Shown here one piece after another: positions 16,337-24,330 of a stretch of DNA of 24,330 bases. Numbering within the stretch: position 1 is the first letter of the stretch; each line of letters begins with the position of its first letter. The position numbers and the translations under genes were made by a program. The notes below the pieces were generated by a model that was not told the origin of the DNA, ran no database searches, and was given only the letters and a program-made list of their open reading frames with translations. The stretch lies in IMG/VR virus record IMGVR_UViG_3300026196_000025, positions 1 to 24,330 of that record, one strand, 5' to 3'. This DNA comes from a virus. Its lineage: Duplodnaviria; Caudoviricetes.

Positions 16337-16845
16337 TTGACGATTTCACCGCCGCCATGCTGGCCATGAAAGATGCGCTGGCCGCAGACACCGATCTCGC
16401 CGCATGGTGCAACACGGCCTTTAAGCGCGCTCCGACAATCATGGTCGGCAATCGCGCCCCGAAACACATGGGAGCCGATAAGTATCCGCTGCTGATGCTG
16501 GTGGCACAGGATACCGAGTCCACAGCCGATGAGATCAACGTCGGCATCGGCTTCGGCATCTATCAGGATGACTACGACACCGCCCTGCAGCAGATCGGCC
16601 AGATGCAGAAACTGGTGATCGATGCCCTGAACAAAAACGCGGTGTTCGCCGTCAGCCTCGGCACCGTCCATCCGGACGGCCAGATCTGGCACCCCAAGCA
16701 CCACATGGTGATCGACACCACATGTTTCGACTTCGCCATCGATCTCGCATCCATGAACGATTTGGTCACCTTCCACGCTGAAACGCAGCTGGATGCGGAT
16801 GCTGAACCCGAACTGATCTCAGAGGAGGACAATCTCAATGTCTGA
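16333..16845 (+). CDS. Putative tail terminator/completion protein (Mu gp37 position)
   Basis: ATGA coupling; acidic; lies before DUF2635 and sheath. Confidence 0.55.
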   Translation: MIDDFTAAMLAMKDALAADTDLAAWCNTAFKRAPTIMVGNRAPKHMGADKYPLLMLVAQDTESTADEINVGIGFGIYQDDYDTALQQIGQMQKLVIDALNKNAVFAVSLGTVHPDGQIWHPKHHMVIDTTCFDFAIDLASMNDLVTFHAETQLDADAEPELISEEDNLNV

Positions 16846-17017
16846 CACATTCAAAATTAAACCGACCGACCCGTCCGTGACCGTCCGCGATCCCGAGACA
16901 CGTCGGCCACTCGCCAATAAAGGCGAAAGCAAACCGCGCAACCCTTACTGGATCCGTCGTCTGAATGATGGAGACGTGGAGATCGTACAAGTTAAATCTG
17001 GAGGAAAATCATCATGA
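16838..17017 (+). CDS. DUF2635 (Mu gp38-like) small protein, 59 aa, absent from the ORF track
   Basis: Hand translation MSDTFKIKPTDPSVTVRDPETRRPLANKGESKPRNPYWIRRLNDGDVEIV...; GAGGAGG RBS; ATGA overlap with sheath. Confidence 0.88.
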   Translation: MSDTFKIKPTDPSVTVRDPETRRPLANKGESKPRNPYWIRRLNDGDVEIVQVKSGGKSS

Positions 17018-18474
17018 CTGGAATCGCATTCTCACAAATACCGGCGGCGCTTCGCCTTCCCGGCGCTTATATCGAGTTCGATGCATCACTGGCAGGTCTG
17101 GCACAAGCCAGCCACAAGCGCCTGATCATCGGCCAGCGGCTTGCTGCAGGCACTGTCGCTGCCGGCGTACCGACCCGCATCACTTCGGCCGCCAATGCCG
17201 AGACCTACTTCGGCCGTGGTTCACAGCTGGCCAACATGCTGGCACTGGTCATGGCCATCGACCCATGGACAGAGACATGGGCGGTTGCGCTGGATGACAA
17301 TGGTGCAGGTGCTGCTGCTACCGGCACGATCACCGTCACCGGACCATCCACCAAGGCCGGCACACTGAATATCTACATCGGCGGCAAGCGCGTGCAGGTT
17401 GCAGTCGCATCCGGTGATTCAGCCACTGTGATCGGCGATGCCATCGCCGCCGCGATCAATGCCAACACCACGCTGCCGGTCACCGCCGCCAACGTCACCG
17501 GCACGGTCACCCTCACCGCCCGCCACAAAGGCGAGTGCGGCAACGATATCGATGTCCGCATGAACTACTACGGCGAGCAGACACCGGCCGGCGTCGGCAC
17601 CACCATCGTCGGCATGGCTTCCGGCACATCCAATCCGGACATTGCCACCGCCATCACCGCGATTGCCTCCGAGTGGTTCCGCTGGATCGCCATGCCATAC
17701 ACCGACACCGCCAATCTGGTGGCGCTGGAGACCGAGCTCGATGCGCGCTACGGCCCGATGCAGCAGATGGGCGGTCGTGCCTTCTCTGCCTACAAGGGCA
17801 CCCACTCGGCAGCCCTCACCTTCGGCGATGCGCGCAACTCAGCGCATGTATCCGTACTCGGTGTGCAGAACTCACCGACCGAGCCATGCAACATTGCCGC
17901 GATCTACTGTGCCCGCGCCTCTCAGTCGCTGGCCAACGACCCGGCCCGCCCGCTGCAGACGCTCGAGCTGACCGGCATGCTGGCTCCCGCCATCACCGAT
18001 CGCTGGTCTGATACCGAGCGCAATCTGGCGCTGTTCGATGGTATCTCCACCTACAAAGTGGCAGCGGACGGCACCTGCAGCATCGAGGCAGCCATCACCC
18101 AGTACCAGACCAACGATGCCGGCGCTGATGATGTTGCCTACCTCTATGTCAACACACCGGAGACTCTCGAAGTGCATCGCTACAACGTGCGCTCCGAGAT
18201 CGCCCTGCGCTATCCACGCCACAAGCTGGCCATGGATAGCCAGCCGTTGAAGCCGGGTGCTGCGATCGCACGGCCGAAGGATATCGCCTCCACCATGCGC
18301 GCCGTCTATGGGCGCGAAGTGGATGCCGGAATCATGGAGGATTTCGAGGCCTATGCCGACTCGCTCTATGTCGAGATCGATCCAGCCAATCCGAACCGTG
18401 TCAACGTGGTCGACCAGCCGAATGTTGTGAACCAGATGCGCGTCTTCGCCAACCTGGTGCAGTTCAAAGTTTAA
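17014..18474 (+). CDS. Tail sheath protein (Mu gpL-like)
   Basis: IAFSQIPAALRLPGAYIEFD, YFGRGSQL, LTARHKGECGN, DPARPLQTLEL, ITQYQTN, NPNRVNV. Confidence 0.96.
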   Translation: MTGIAFSQIPAALRLPGAYIEFDASLAGLAQASHKRLIIGQRLAAGTVAAGVPTRITSAANAETYFGRGSQLANMLALVMAIDPWTETWAVALDDNGAGAAATGTITVTGPSTKAGTLNIYIGGKRVQVAVASGDSATVIGDAIAAAINANTTLPVTAANVTGTVTLTARHKGECGNDIDVRMNYYGEQTPAGVGTTIVGMASGTSNPDIATAITAIASEWFRWIAMPYTDTANLVALETELDARYGPMQQMGGRAFSAYKGTHSAALTFGDARNSAHVSVLGVQNSPTEPCNIAAIYCARASQSLANDPARPLQTLELTGMLAPAITDRWSDTERNLALFDGISTYKVAADGTCSIEAAITQYQTNDAGADDVAYLYVNTPETLEVHRYNVRSEIALRYPRHKLAMDSQPLKPGAAIARPKDIASTMRAVYGREVDAGIMEDFEAYADSLYVEIDPANPNRVNVVDQPNVVNQMRVFANLVQFKV

Positions 18475-18487
18475 GGAGTAAATCATC

Positions 18488-18856
18488 ATGAGTAATCCAA
18501 ACCAAGTCGGTGGCCGCGCCACCATCTCAACAGCCTCTCTCGGTGTGCTGCGCTCCAAGCAGGGAGCCACGCTCGATTTCGGTGGCGATAAACGTACAGG
18601 GCAGACGGACGATCAGGGTGTCGCCGGCTACTCGGTTGAGCCCGGCATTCCATCGATCGATGCAACCTTCACCCAGAAGGGAGGCGTCAGCCTGAAATCG
18701 ATCGCCGCCATTAATAACGAAGATATTTCATTCGAGACCGATGTCGGCAGCCACCATGTGTTGCGCGGTGCTTGGTGCTCCGAGCCTCCGACACTGGTCG
18801 CCGGCGAGATCAAGGCCAAGTTCGAGGGCATCTCATGCGATGAGGTGACAGCATGA
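18488..18856 (+). CDS. Tail tube protein (Mu gpM-like)
   Basis: 122 aa after sheath; GYSVEPGIPSI..LRGAW..GEIKAKFEG. Confidence 0.88.
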   Translation: MSNPNQVGGRATISTASLGVLRSKQGATLDFGGDKRTGQTDDQGVAGYSVEPGIPSIDATFTQKGGVSLKSIAAINNEDISFETDVGSHHVLRGAWCSEPPTLVAGEIKAKFEGISCDEVTA

Positions 18857-19122
18857 GTGAGCCAACCGTTATTAAACTCGATTATCCTGTCGATGCTGGC
18901 AGCGAGACCATTGATGAGCTTCGCCTAACACGCCCGAAGGTGAAGCATCTCAAGCAGATGGATGAAATCGAAGGAGATGTTGCCAAGGCAGAAATGATGA
19001 TCTCTGTCTTGTCAGGCGTTCCTCTGTCCGTGATCTCCAATATGGATGCTGTCGACTTTGCCAAAGCCGGTGAGGTGCTGGATGGTTTTTTGGGCAGTGC
19101 CCTGCCGATTGGCGGGAAATAG
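18853..19122 (+). CDS. Tail assembly chaperone (Mu gp41/P2 gpE-like)
   Basis: IKLDYPV..IDELRLTRPKVKHL..MDAVDF. Confidence 0.88.
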   Translation: MSEPTVIKLDYPVDAGSETIDELRLTRPKVKHLKQMDEIEGDVAKAEMMISVLSGVPLSVISNMDAVDFAKAGEVLDGFLGSALPIGGK

Positions 19123-19238
19123 CCGCCGATCTCGCATGGTTCTTCCACTTCCAACCATCCGAGTTGATGAAGATGGAAGGCAAAGAGCTTTTTCAATGGT
19201 TTGAACAAGCCAGGCGCATTCAGGGTAAGGAGCAGTAG
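18853..19238 (+). CDS. Extended chaperone produced by -1 ribosomal frameshift at T TTT TTG (19086-19092)
   Basis: The -1 frame reads ...DWREIAADLAWFFHFQPSELMKMEGKELFQWFEQARRIQGKEQ*, resembling P2 E'; stop 3 nt before the tape measure ATG. Confidence 0.82.
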
Positions 19239-19241
19239 AGC

Positions 19242-20699
19242 ATGAGCACTCAGCACGTCAAAATCATTGTATCCGCTATTGATCGCATGACTGCTCCGAT
19301 CAAGCGGATGAATGCATCTGTCGATAGACTGAAACGCCAGACTGCAGGGCTGGCAAAGATCACTGCTGTTGGCGGCGCAGCTGCAGGCCTGCTGTTGCGC
19401 AACCTGAATGGTACTGCTGCAAAATTCGAGAAGTATCAGGTGATGCTGGAGTCCATCGAAGGGAGCGCGGAAAAAGCCAAAAAGTCGATGGATTGGGTAT
19501 CTGATATTGCCAACAATTCAACCCGAAGCATTGATGAGATCATGGAATCGTATGTCAAACTAAAAACGTTTGGCATGGACCCCACCAACGGCATGATGAA
19601 GTCACTACTGGATATGAATGCGAGGATGGGCGGTAGTAACCAGACGCTTGAAGGCATGGTCCTCGCAGTCGGGCAGGCATGGACTAAGCAGAAACTACAG
19701 GGAGAGGAAGCGCTGCAGCTGATCGAGCGCGGTGTCCCGGTGTGGGATCTTCTCTCTGCCCGGACGGGCAAAAGCGTACAGCAGCTTATGAAGCTATCAG
19801 CGCAAGGGAAACTCGGGAGAGATTCCATTGCCATGCTGGTCGAGGAGATGGGTAAACTCTCCGAAGGCGCAGACATTAAACAGGCACGCACATGGAGCGG
19901 CATGGTCTCCATGCTTTCTGATCAATGGCAACGATTCTCACTGCTCATTATGGGTGGAGGGCTGTTTGACTGGATGAAAAACAAGCTATCGAACTTGCTC
20001 GGCAAACTGAATCGCATGGCCGCCAGCGGTGAGTTGGCAGCTTTGGCAAAAGAGATCGGCAGCAACATCCTCATCACACTGAAAGGCATTTATGAGGTAA
20101 CACGCAGTATCGTGAGCATGGCATCGGGCATGGCCAACTTTGTTGGCGGCTGGAAAAACCTCTTTTACATCATGATTGCCATCAAAGGGCTACAGCTCGC
20201 CATCACCATCGGAGCCATTATCCGTTCCATCTACGGCATGATTGCCGCCCTTGTCGGTCTCAAGGCTGTCGGCGCTGGCTCCATGCTCACCAGTATGGCC
20301 GGTGCGCTCGGCACACTGAGCAAGGCATGGAAGGCCGCAACACTTGCCGCAGTGGCTTATGATATTGCCAGTTCGGGAGCCATGAAAAAGGGTGGCTTGA
20401 AATCCATCGGCGCGCTGGCTGGTCGCTTTGGCATGGTGGGCGCAGCGGGTGCAGCCGGATACGGCATCGGCACATTGCTCAATTCAGGAATCAATAGCCT
20501 GGTATCTTCATCTACCGACGGGAAAAACACATCCCTCGGTGGCCTGATCTACGACAAGTTACATCCGCAACAGCAGGAGGTCGGCGGCACGCTCAAGATT
20601 GAGTTTGTTGGCGGACAGGCGCGGGTGAAACAGTTGCAGGCTAAAGGTTCCATGAACATCGATGTGGACACCGGCCCGATGCTGGCAGGGGCTAACTGA
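19242..20699 (+). CDS. Tape measure protein
   Basis: VSAIDRMTAPI N-terminus; KQKLQGEEALQLIERGVP tape-measure motif; hydrophobic Ala/Gly-rich segments. Confidence 0.9.
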   Translation: MSTQHVKIIVSAIDRMTAPIKRMNASVDRLKRQTAGLAKITAVGGAAAGLLLRNLNGTAAKFEKYQVMLESIEGSAEKAKKSMDWVSDIANNSTRSIDEIMESYVKLKTFGMDPTNGMMKSLLDMNARMGGSNQTLEGMVLAVGQAWTKQKLQGEEALQLIERGVPVWDLLSARTGKSVQQLMKLSAQGKLGRDSIAMLVEEMGKLSEGADIKQARTWSGMVSMLSDQWQRFSLLIMGGGLFDWMKNKLSNLLGKLNRMAASGELAALAKEIGSNILITLKGIYEVTRSIVSMASGMANFVGGWKNLFYIMIAIKGLQLAITIGAIIRSIYGMIAALVGLKAVGAGSMLTSMAGALGTLSKAWKAATLAAVAYDIASSGAMKKGGLKSIGALAGRFGMVGAAGAAGYGIGTLLNSGINSLVSSSTDGKNTSLGGLIYDKLHPQQQEVGGTLKIEFVGGQARVKQLQAKGSMNIDVDTGPMLAGAN

Positions 20700-21877
20700 T
20701 GCGCTGGCAGGATCAGATGCAGAAGGGGTCCTTTCGAGGGGTTCCGTTCCGCTGCAAGTCCAGAGAGAAAGAAGGTGGCCGTCGTGTGGCGCGTCATGAG
20801 TATCCCGGGCGCGATGAACCGTGGGCTGAGGATCTCGGTCGTAAAGCCAACACTGACAGGCTTGAGCTACACATCATCGGCGCTGACTACATGGCCGGCC
20901 GAGATGCCATGCTTGCTGCGCTGGATCAATATGGCCCAGGCCTCCTTGTGCATCCTTGGGATGGACAAAAACAGATCCAAGTCGAAACCTACAATCTGCG
21001 CGAATCATCGCGCGAGGGTGGCATGGCCATCTTCACCCTCACCTTCACCGAGGCGGGCAAGCAGCAGTTCCCATCGGCGACAGCAGACACGGCATCAGCC
21101 GTCGATGCAGCTGCCGACAGTGCCGTGGCGGCCAGTGTCGATGACTTCTCCAACACCTTCGATGTGATTGGCAAGCCCGGATGGGTGGCTGATGAGGCGG
21201 TGGCTGTGATGGGCAAGGCTGCCGATGCGATCGATGCCGCTGCAGCTATCCCCGCCATCCCCTCCGAGATCACCGGCTTCTATGGCGCGCTGACCTCCCT
21301 GCAGGGCTCGCTCAATGCGCTGGTGAGGAAGCCTGCCGACCTCGGCAATGGCATGGCCTCCATCATTGGCGGAATCGGCAAGGTCTTCTCCGATCCGGTG
21401 CCGGCCCTGCGCAAGCTGACAAGCTTCGGCGATGATCTGAACACACCGCCATCCACCACCCCCGCCCGCAAGGCACAGGCCGCCAACCAGAGCGCCTCGA
21501 TCGCCCTGACCAAGCGCGTGGCGCTGATCGAAGAGGCTCGCCTGAGTGCATCCACAACACCGGAGAGCAGCAGTGCTGCGATGGCCAAGCGCAGCGATCT
21601 GGCCGACCGCCTCGAGGCCGAGGCCGAGACGGCTCCAGACGCGGTCTATCTGGCGCTGGTCGATCTGCGTGTCGCCGTGGTTCGCGATCTCACCGATCGC
21701 GCCGCCCAGCTGCCGAAGGTGAGCAGCCATACCCCGAAAGCCACCCTCCCCGCCGTGGTGATCGCTCACCGCATCTACGGCGATGCAGGCCGCGCCGATG
21801 AGCTGGTGGCCCGCAACAATATCCGGCATCCCGGCTTTGTGCCTGGCGGCACGCCGCTGGAGGTGATCCATGTCTGA
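20699..21877 (+). CDS. DNA circularization protein (Mu gpN/gp43-like)
   Basis: GSFRGVPF..GRRVARHEYPGRD..EDLG..GPGLLVHPW; C-terminal LPAVVIAHRIYGDAGRADELVARNNIRHPGFVP. Confidence 0.94.
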   Translation: MRWQDQMQKGSFRGVPFRCKSREKEGGRRVARHEYPGRDEPWAEDLGRKANTDRLELHIIGADYMAGRDAMLAALDQYGPGLLVHPWDGQKQIQVETYNLRESSREGGMAIFTLTFTEAGKQQFPSATADTASAVDAAADSAVAASVDDFSNTFDVIGKPGWVADEAVAVMGKAADAIDAAAAIPAIPSEITGFYGALTSLQGSLNALVRKPADLGNGMASIIGGIGKVFSDPVPALRKLTSFGDDLNTPPSTTPARKAQAANQSASIALTKRVALIEEARLSASTTPESSSAAMAKRSDLADRLEAEAETAPDAVYLALVDLRVAVVRDLTDRAAQLPKVSSHTPKATLPAVVIAHRIYGDAGRADELVARNNIRHPGFVPGGTPLEVIHV

Positions 21878-22907
21878 GGCCGGTGTGGAGCTACGGGTCA
21901 ACGGCGATCTGTATGGGGGCTGGACAGCCATGCGCATCTCTCCCAGCCCGATGACCGAGCTATGTGGATCGTTTGAGCTGACTGTCACCGATCGCTGGAG
22001 TGGACAGGATATCGCCCGGCCGATCAAAAAGGGCGATCTATGCCACCTGTTGATCGATGGCGAGCAGATCATCGCCGGTATTGTCGATGCACGGGTTGTC
22101 AGCTATGACAAAGAGTCGCACTCCATCTCCATCAGCGGCCGCGATGCCACCGCCGACCTGGTCGACTGCAGCGCCAAGGTTGTGCAGATGGAGGGGCAGA
22201 CGCTCAAACAGGTTGCTGACATCATCTGCAAGCCGTTCGAGATCACGGTGCATGCCGATACCGATGTCGGCGCGCCCTTCGCCAGCCGTAATGCCGAGCC
22301 GGGTCAGTCCGGTGGTGAGGTGCTGTTGGCGCTGGCGGCTCACCGTGGACTGCTGCTCACCACCGACGATCTCGGCAATCTGCGCATCACCAAACCGAGC
22401 AATGAGCGCTCGCCGGGCAGCATCGTCTTCGGTAAGAATGTGCTCGCCTGCAATGCTCAGGACTCGGCAGCCGATCAATTTTCCGAATACACCGTGATGC
22501 ATCAATATGCACAGAGCGACGAAAACAACGGCTCCACGGCCACCGAGGGCCGATACACATCCAGAGACAAGAGCGTATCCCGCTATCGTCCGCTCACCAT
22601 CATTGTCGATGAAGGGGCCGACCTGAAGAAGCGGGCCGACTTTGAGCGCAATGTCCGCGCCGGCAAGGGTATGGCGCTCGTCTATACCGTCGATAGCTGG
22701 TATGCCGCCCCCGGTGTGCTGTGGAAGAGCAACACCAATGTGCCGGTCACCGATCCGAATCAGGAGCCAAAGCTCGACAACACCCTGCTGATGATCACCA
22801 ACACCGATTTTATCCGTGATGAATCCGGAACCCGCGCCGAGTTGACGGTGATGCCGAAATCAGCGCTCGATGTACTGGCTGAGCCGGAGGCCGACTCATG
22901 GGGATGA
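21870..22907 (+). CDS. Baseplate hub protein (Mu gpP/gp44-like)
   Basis: VNGDLYGGW, ISGRDATADLVDCS, RYRPLTI. Confidence 0.92.
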   Translation: MSEAGVELRVNGDLYGGWTAMRISPSPMTELCGSFELTVTDRWSGQDIARPIKKGDLCHLLIDGEQIIAGIVDARVVSYDKESHSISISGRDATADLVDCSAKVVQMEGQTLKQVADIICKPFEITVHADTDVGAPFASRNAEPGQSGGEVLLALAAHRGLLLTTDDLGNLRITKPSNERSPGSIVFGKNVLACNAQDSAADQFSEYTVMHQYAQSDENNGSTATEGRYTSRDKSVSRYRPLTIIVDEGADLKKRADFERNVRAGKGMALVYTVDSWYAAPGVLWKSNTNVPVTDPNQEPKLDNTLLMITNTDFIRDESGTRAELTVMPKSALDVLAEPEADSWG

Positions 22908-23452
22908 TGGACAGGCTACTGGAGCCAATCCGGCGCAAGCTGCGTTTGATGGTCACCCGTGGCGTGGTCAAGCTGATCGATGATGCCAGGGGGCTGCAGG
23001 AGCTGCAGGTCTCGGGGCTGGCCGGCGAGCTTCTCGATCGTGTGGAGCATATCCAGAACTATGGCTTCACCGCCCATCCGCACTCTGAGTCCGATTGCTT
23101 GATCCTCAATGTCGGTGCCGACCGATCGCGCGCGATCGTCATCGCTGCCGATGATCGCCGCTATCGCCTGCACCTGGCCAAGGGTGAGGTGGCCATGTAC
23201 GACGATCAGGGGCAAGCCGTGAAGCTGCTGCGCACCGGCATCGTCATCGAATCGGCAAAGGGGACCATTCACAACGGGGACATGGACATCAACGGCAATC
23301 TGTCCGTGGGCGGCACAATCGATGCCACAGGCACCATCACCGCACCGGATATCAACGCCGCCAACTCCCTGACCGTCGCAGGCATCGATATGGGCGCCCA
23401 TGTTCATGGTGGCGTGACAATCGGCGGCGCCAGCACCGGAGGCCCAGCGTGA
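22898..23452 (+). CDS. Baseplate spike (Mu gp45/gpV-like)
   Basis: QNYGFTAHP, ADDRRYR..LAKGEVAMYDDQG, C-terminal HxH (AHVHGG). Confidence 0.93.
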   Translation: MGMMDRLLEPIRRKLRLMVTRGVVKLIDDARGLQELQVSGLAGELLDRVEHIQNYGFTAHPHSESDCLILNVGADRSRAIVIAADDRRYRLHLAKGEVAMYDDQGQAVKLLRTGIVIESAKGTIHNGDMDINGNLSVGGTIDATGTITAPDINAANSLTVAGIDMGAHVHGGVTIGGASTGGPA

Positions 23453-23877
23453 CTGATATCGCACTGATCCGGAAAGAGAACGGCCTGCTCGATATCGAGA
23501 TGGGTGACTACGACACCACATCGGACGAAGGGCTGCGCACTGCCGTGATCCTCTCTCTGTTCATTGAGCGTACCGCACGGACTGATGATCAGATCCCCGA
23601 TGGCAGCACCGATCGGCGCGGCTTCTGGGCCGATCCCGATATGGGTTCACGCCGATGGCTGATCTCCCGCGAGAAACTGACTCAGAACACCGCCAACCGT
23701 CTGCGCGAATATGATCGCGAGGCACTGCAGTGGCTGATCGATGACGGCATTGCCACATCGGTTGAGGTGACCACCACCCTCGCCCCGCCAGCGCGCATCG
23801 ATGAGCTGATCATCATCACCCGTGCCGATGGCAGCCGCTATGAAGAGACATTCAACATCACACTGGAGGGCGCTTAA
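23449..23877 (+). CDS. Baseplate protein (Mu gp46-like)
   Basis: LRTAVILSLF..RRGFWAD..GSRRWL..REK..EALQWLIDDG. Confidence 0.93.
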   Translation: MTDIALIRKENGLLDIEMGDYDTTSDEGLRTAVILSLFIERTARTDDQIPDGSTDRRGFWADPDMGSRRWLISREKLTQNTANRLREYDREALQWLIDDGIATSVEVTTTLAPPARIDELIIITRADGSRYEETFNITLEGA

Positions 23878-24330
23878 ATGTCGATCACAAGACCTGACCT
23901 GACCACCATCCGCAGCCGTATTCAGGCTGATATCGAGTCGCTCCTTCCCGGTGCATCACCTCAGTTGCGCCGCACGCTGCTCGGCATCCTCGCCTCGGTA
24001 TTCGCCGGCGGCATGAACGGCATCTATGGCTACTATGAGTGGATATCGAAGCAGATGCTTCCGGATACTGCCGAGGCGGAGATGCTCGATCGTCACGCCT
24101 CGATCTGGGGGATTGTGCGTAAGGCGGCAGCGCTGGCTCAGGGCAATGTGACATTCACCGGCACCAATGGATCTGTGATCGCCGCAGGAACGCTCCTGCA
24201 GCGCAGTGATGGTGTTCAATTCTCCACTGACGCCGAGGGCACGATCGCAGCAGGCACTGCGCTGGTCGCTGTCACCGCTGTTGAGCCCGGCATTGATGGC
24301 AACACAGCCGCAGCCAGCACGCTCTCTCTG
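23878..24330 (+). CDS. Baseplate J/Mu gp47-like protein (truncated by window end)
   Basis: Hand translation MSITRPDLTTIRSRIQADI...WISKQMLPDTAEAEMLDRHASIWGIVRKAA...GNVTFTG; open to the end of the window. Confidence 0.92.
   Translation, partial: MSITRPDLTTIRSRIQADIESLLPGASPQLRRTLLGILASVFAGGMNGIYGYYEWISKQMLPDTAEAEMLDRHASIWGIVRKAAALAQGNVTFTGTNGSVIAAGTLLQRSDGVQFSTDAEGTIAAGTALVAVTAVEPGIDGNTAAASTLSL

Larger units (their letters stand above)
370..24330 (+). mobile_element. Phage/prophage morphogenesis region (Mu-like contractile tail, ClpP-type head module); extends beyond the window
   Basis: Canonical order terminase-portal-protease-capsid-lysis-neck-sheath-tube-tape measure-baseplate with tight translational coupling. 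No host genes or att site identifiable, so prophage versus free phage cannot be decided. Confidence 0.97.

Noticed and set aside
19113-19120. CGGGAAAT as a lambda-type slippery site
   Set aside because: Not in X XXY YYZ phase with the reading frame; the T6G site fits better
12458-23521. Long minus-strand ORFs (12458..13183, 17872..18570, 21095..22072, 22916..23521)
   Set aside because: Antisense shadows of GC-rich structural genes, with no motifs
1-24330. CRISPR arrays, tRNA/rRNA, introns, inteins, DGR repeats
   Set aside because: No periodic repeats, RNA gene signatures, intein motifs or reverse transcriptase seen by eye; frequent GATC is explained by GAT/ATC codon use

Overview
The whole window is the packaging, head, lysis and contractile-tail region of a tailed (myovirus-type) phage or prophage, almost all on the + strand. 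Gene order: intact XerC/D-like tyrosine recombinase, Mor/C-family activator, probable small terminase, MmcB-like PD-(D/E)XK nuclease, small basic ORF, ParB-fused DNA methyltransferase; an antisense RelE/HigB toxin, XRE antitoxin and third gene; large terminase, portal fused to a MuF/gp7-like domain, acidic protein, ClpP protease with nested scaffold, DUF2190 cement protein, major capsid; a small exported protein with a CxxCH heme-c motif; GH108 endolysin with two holins; neck genes; and a Mu-like tail (DUF2635, sheath, tube, chaperone with -1 frameshift, short tape measure, DNA-circularization protein, gp44-gp46, truncated gp47). The most notable items are the candidate phage-encoded c-type cytochrome, the recombinase heading the translationally coupled Mor/terS operon next to a cluster of dyad repeats, the portal-MuF fusion, and the antisense TA module whose operator lies in the terL leader. 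All family calls come from motifs read by eye; no searches were run.
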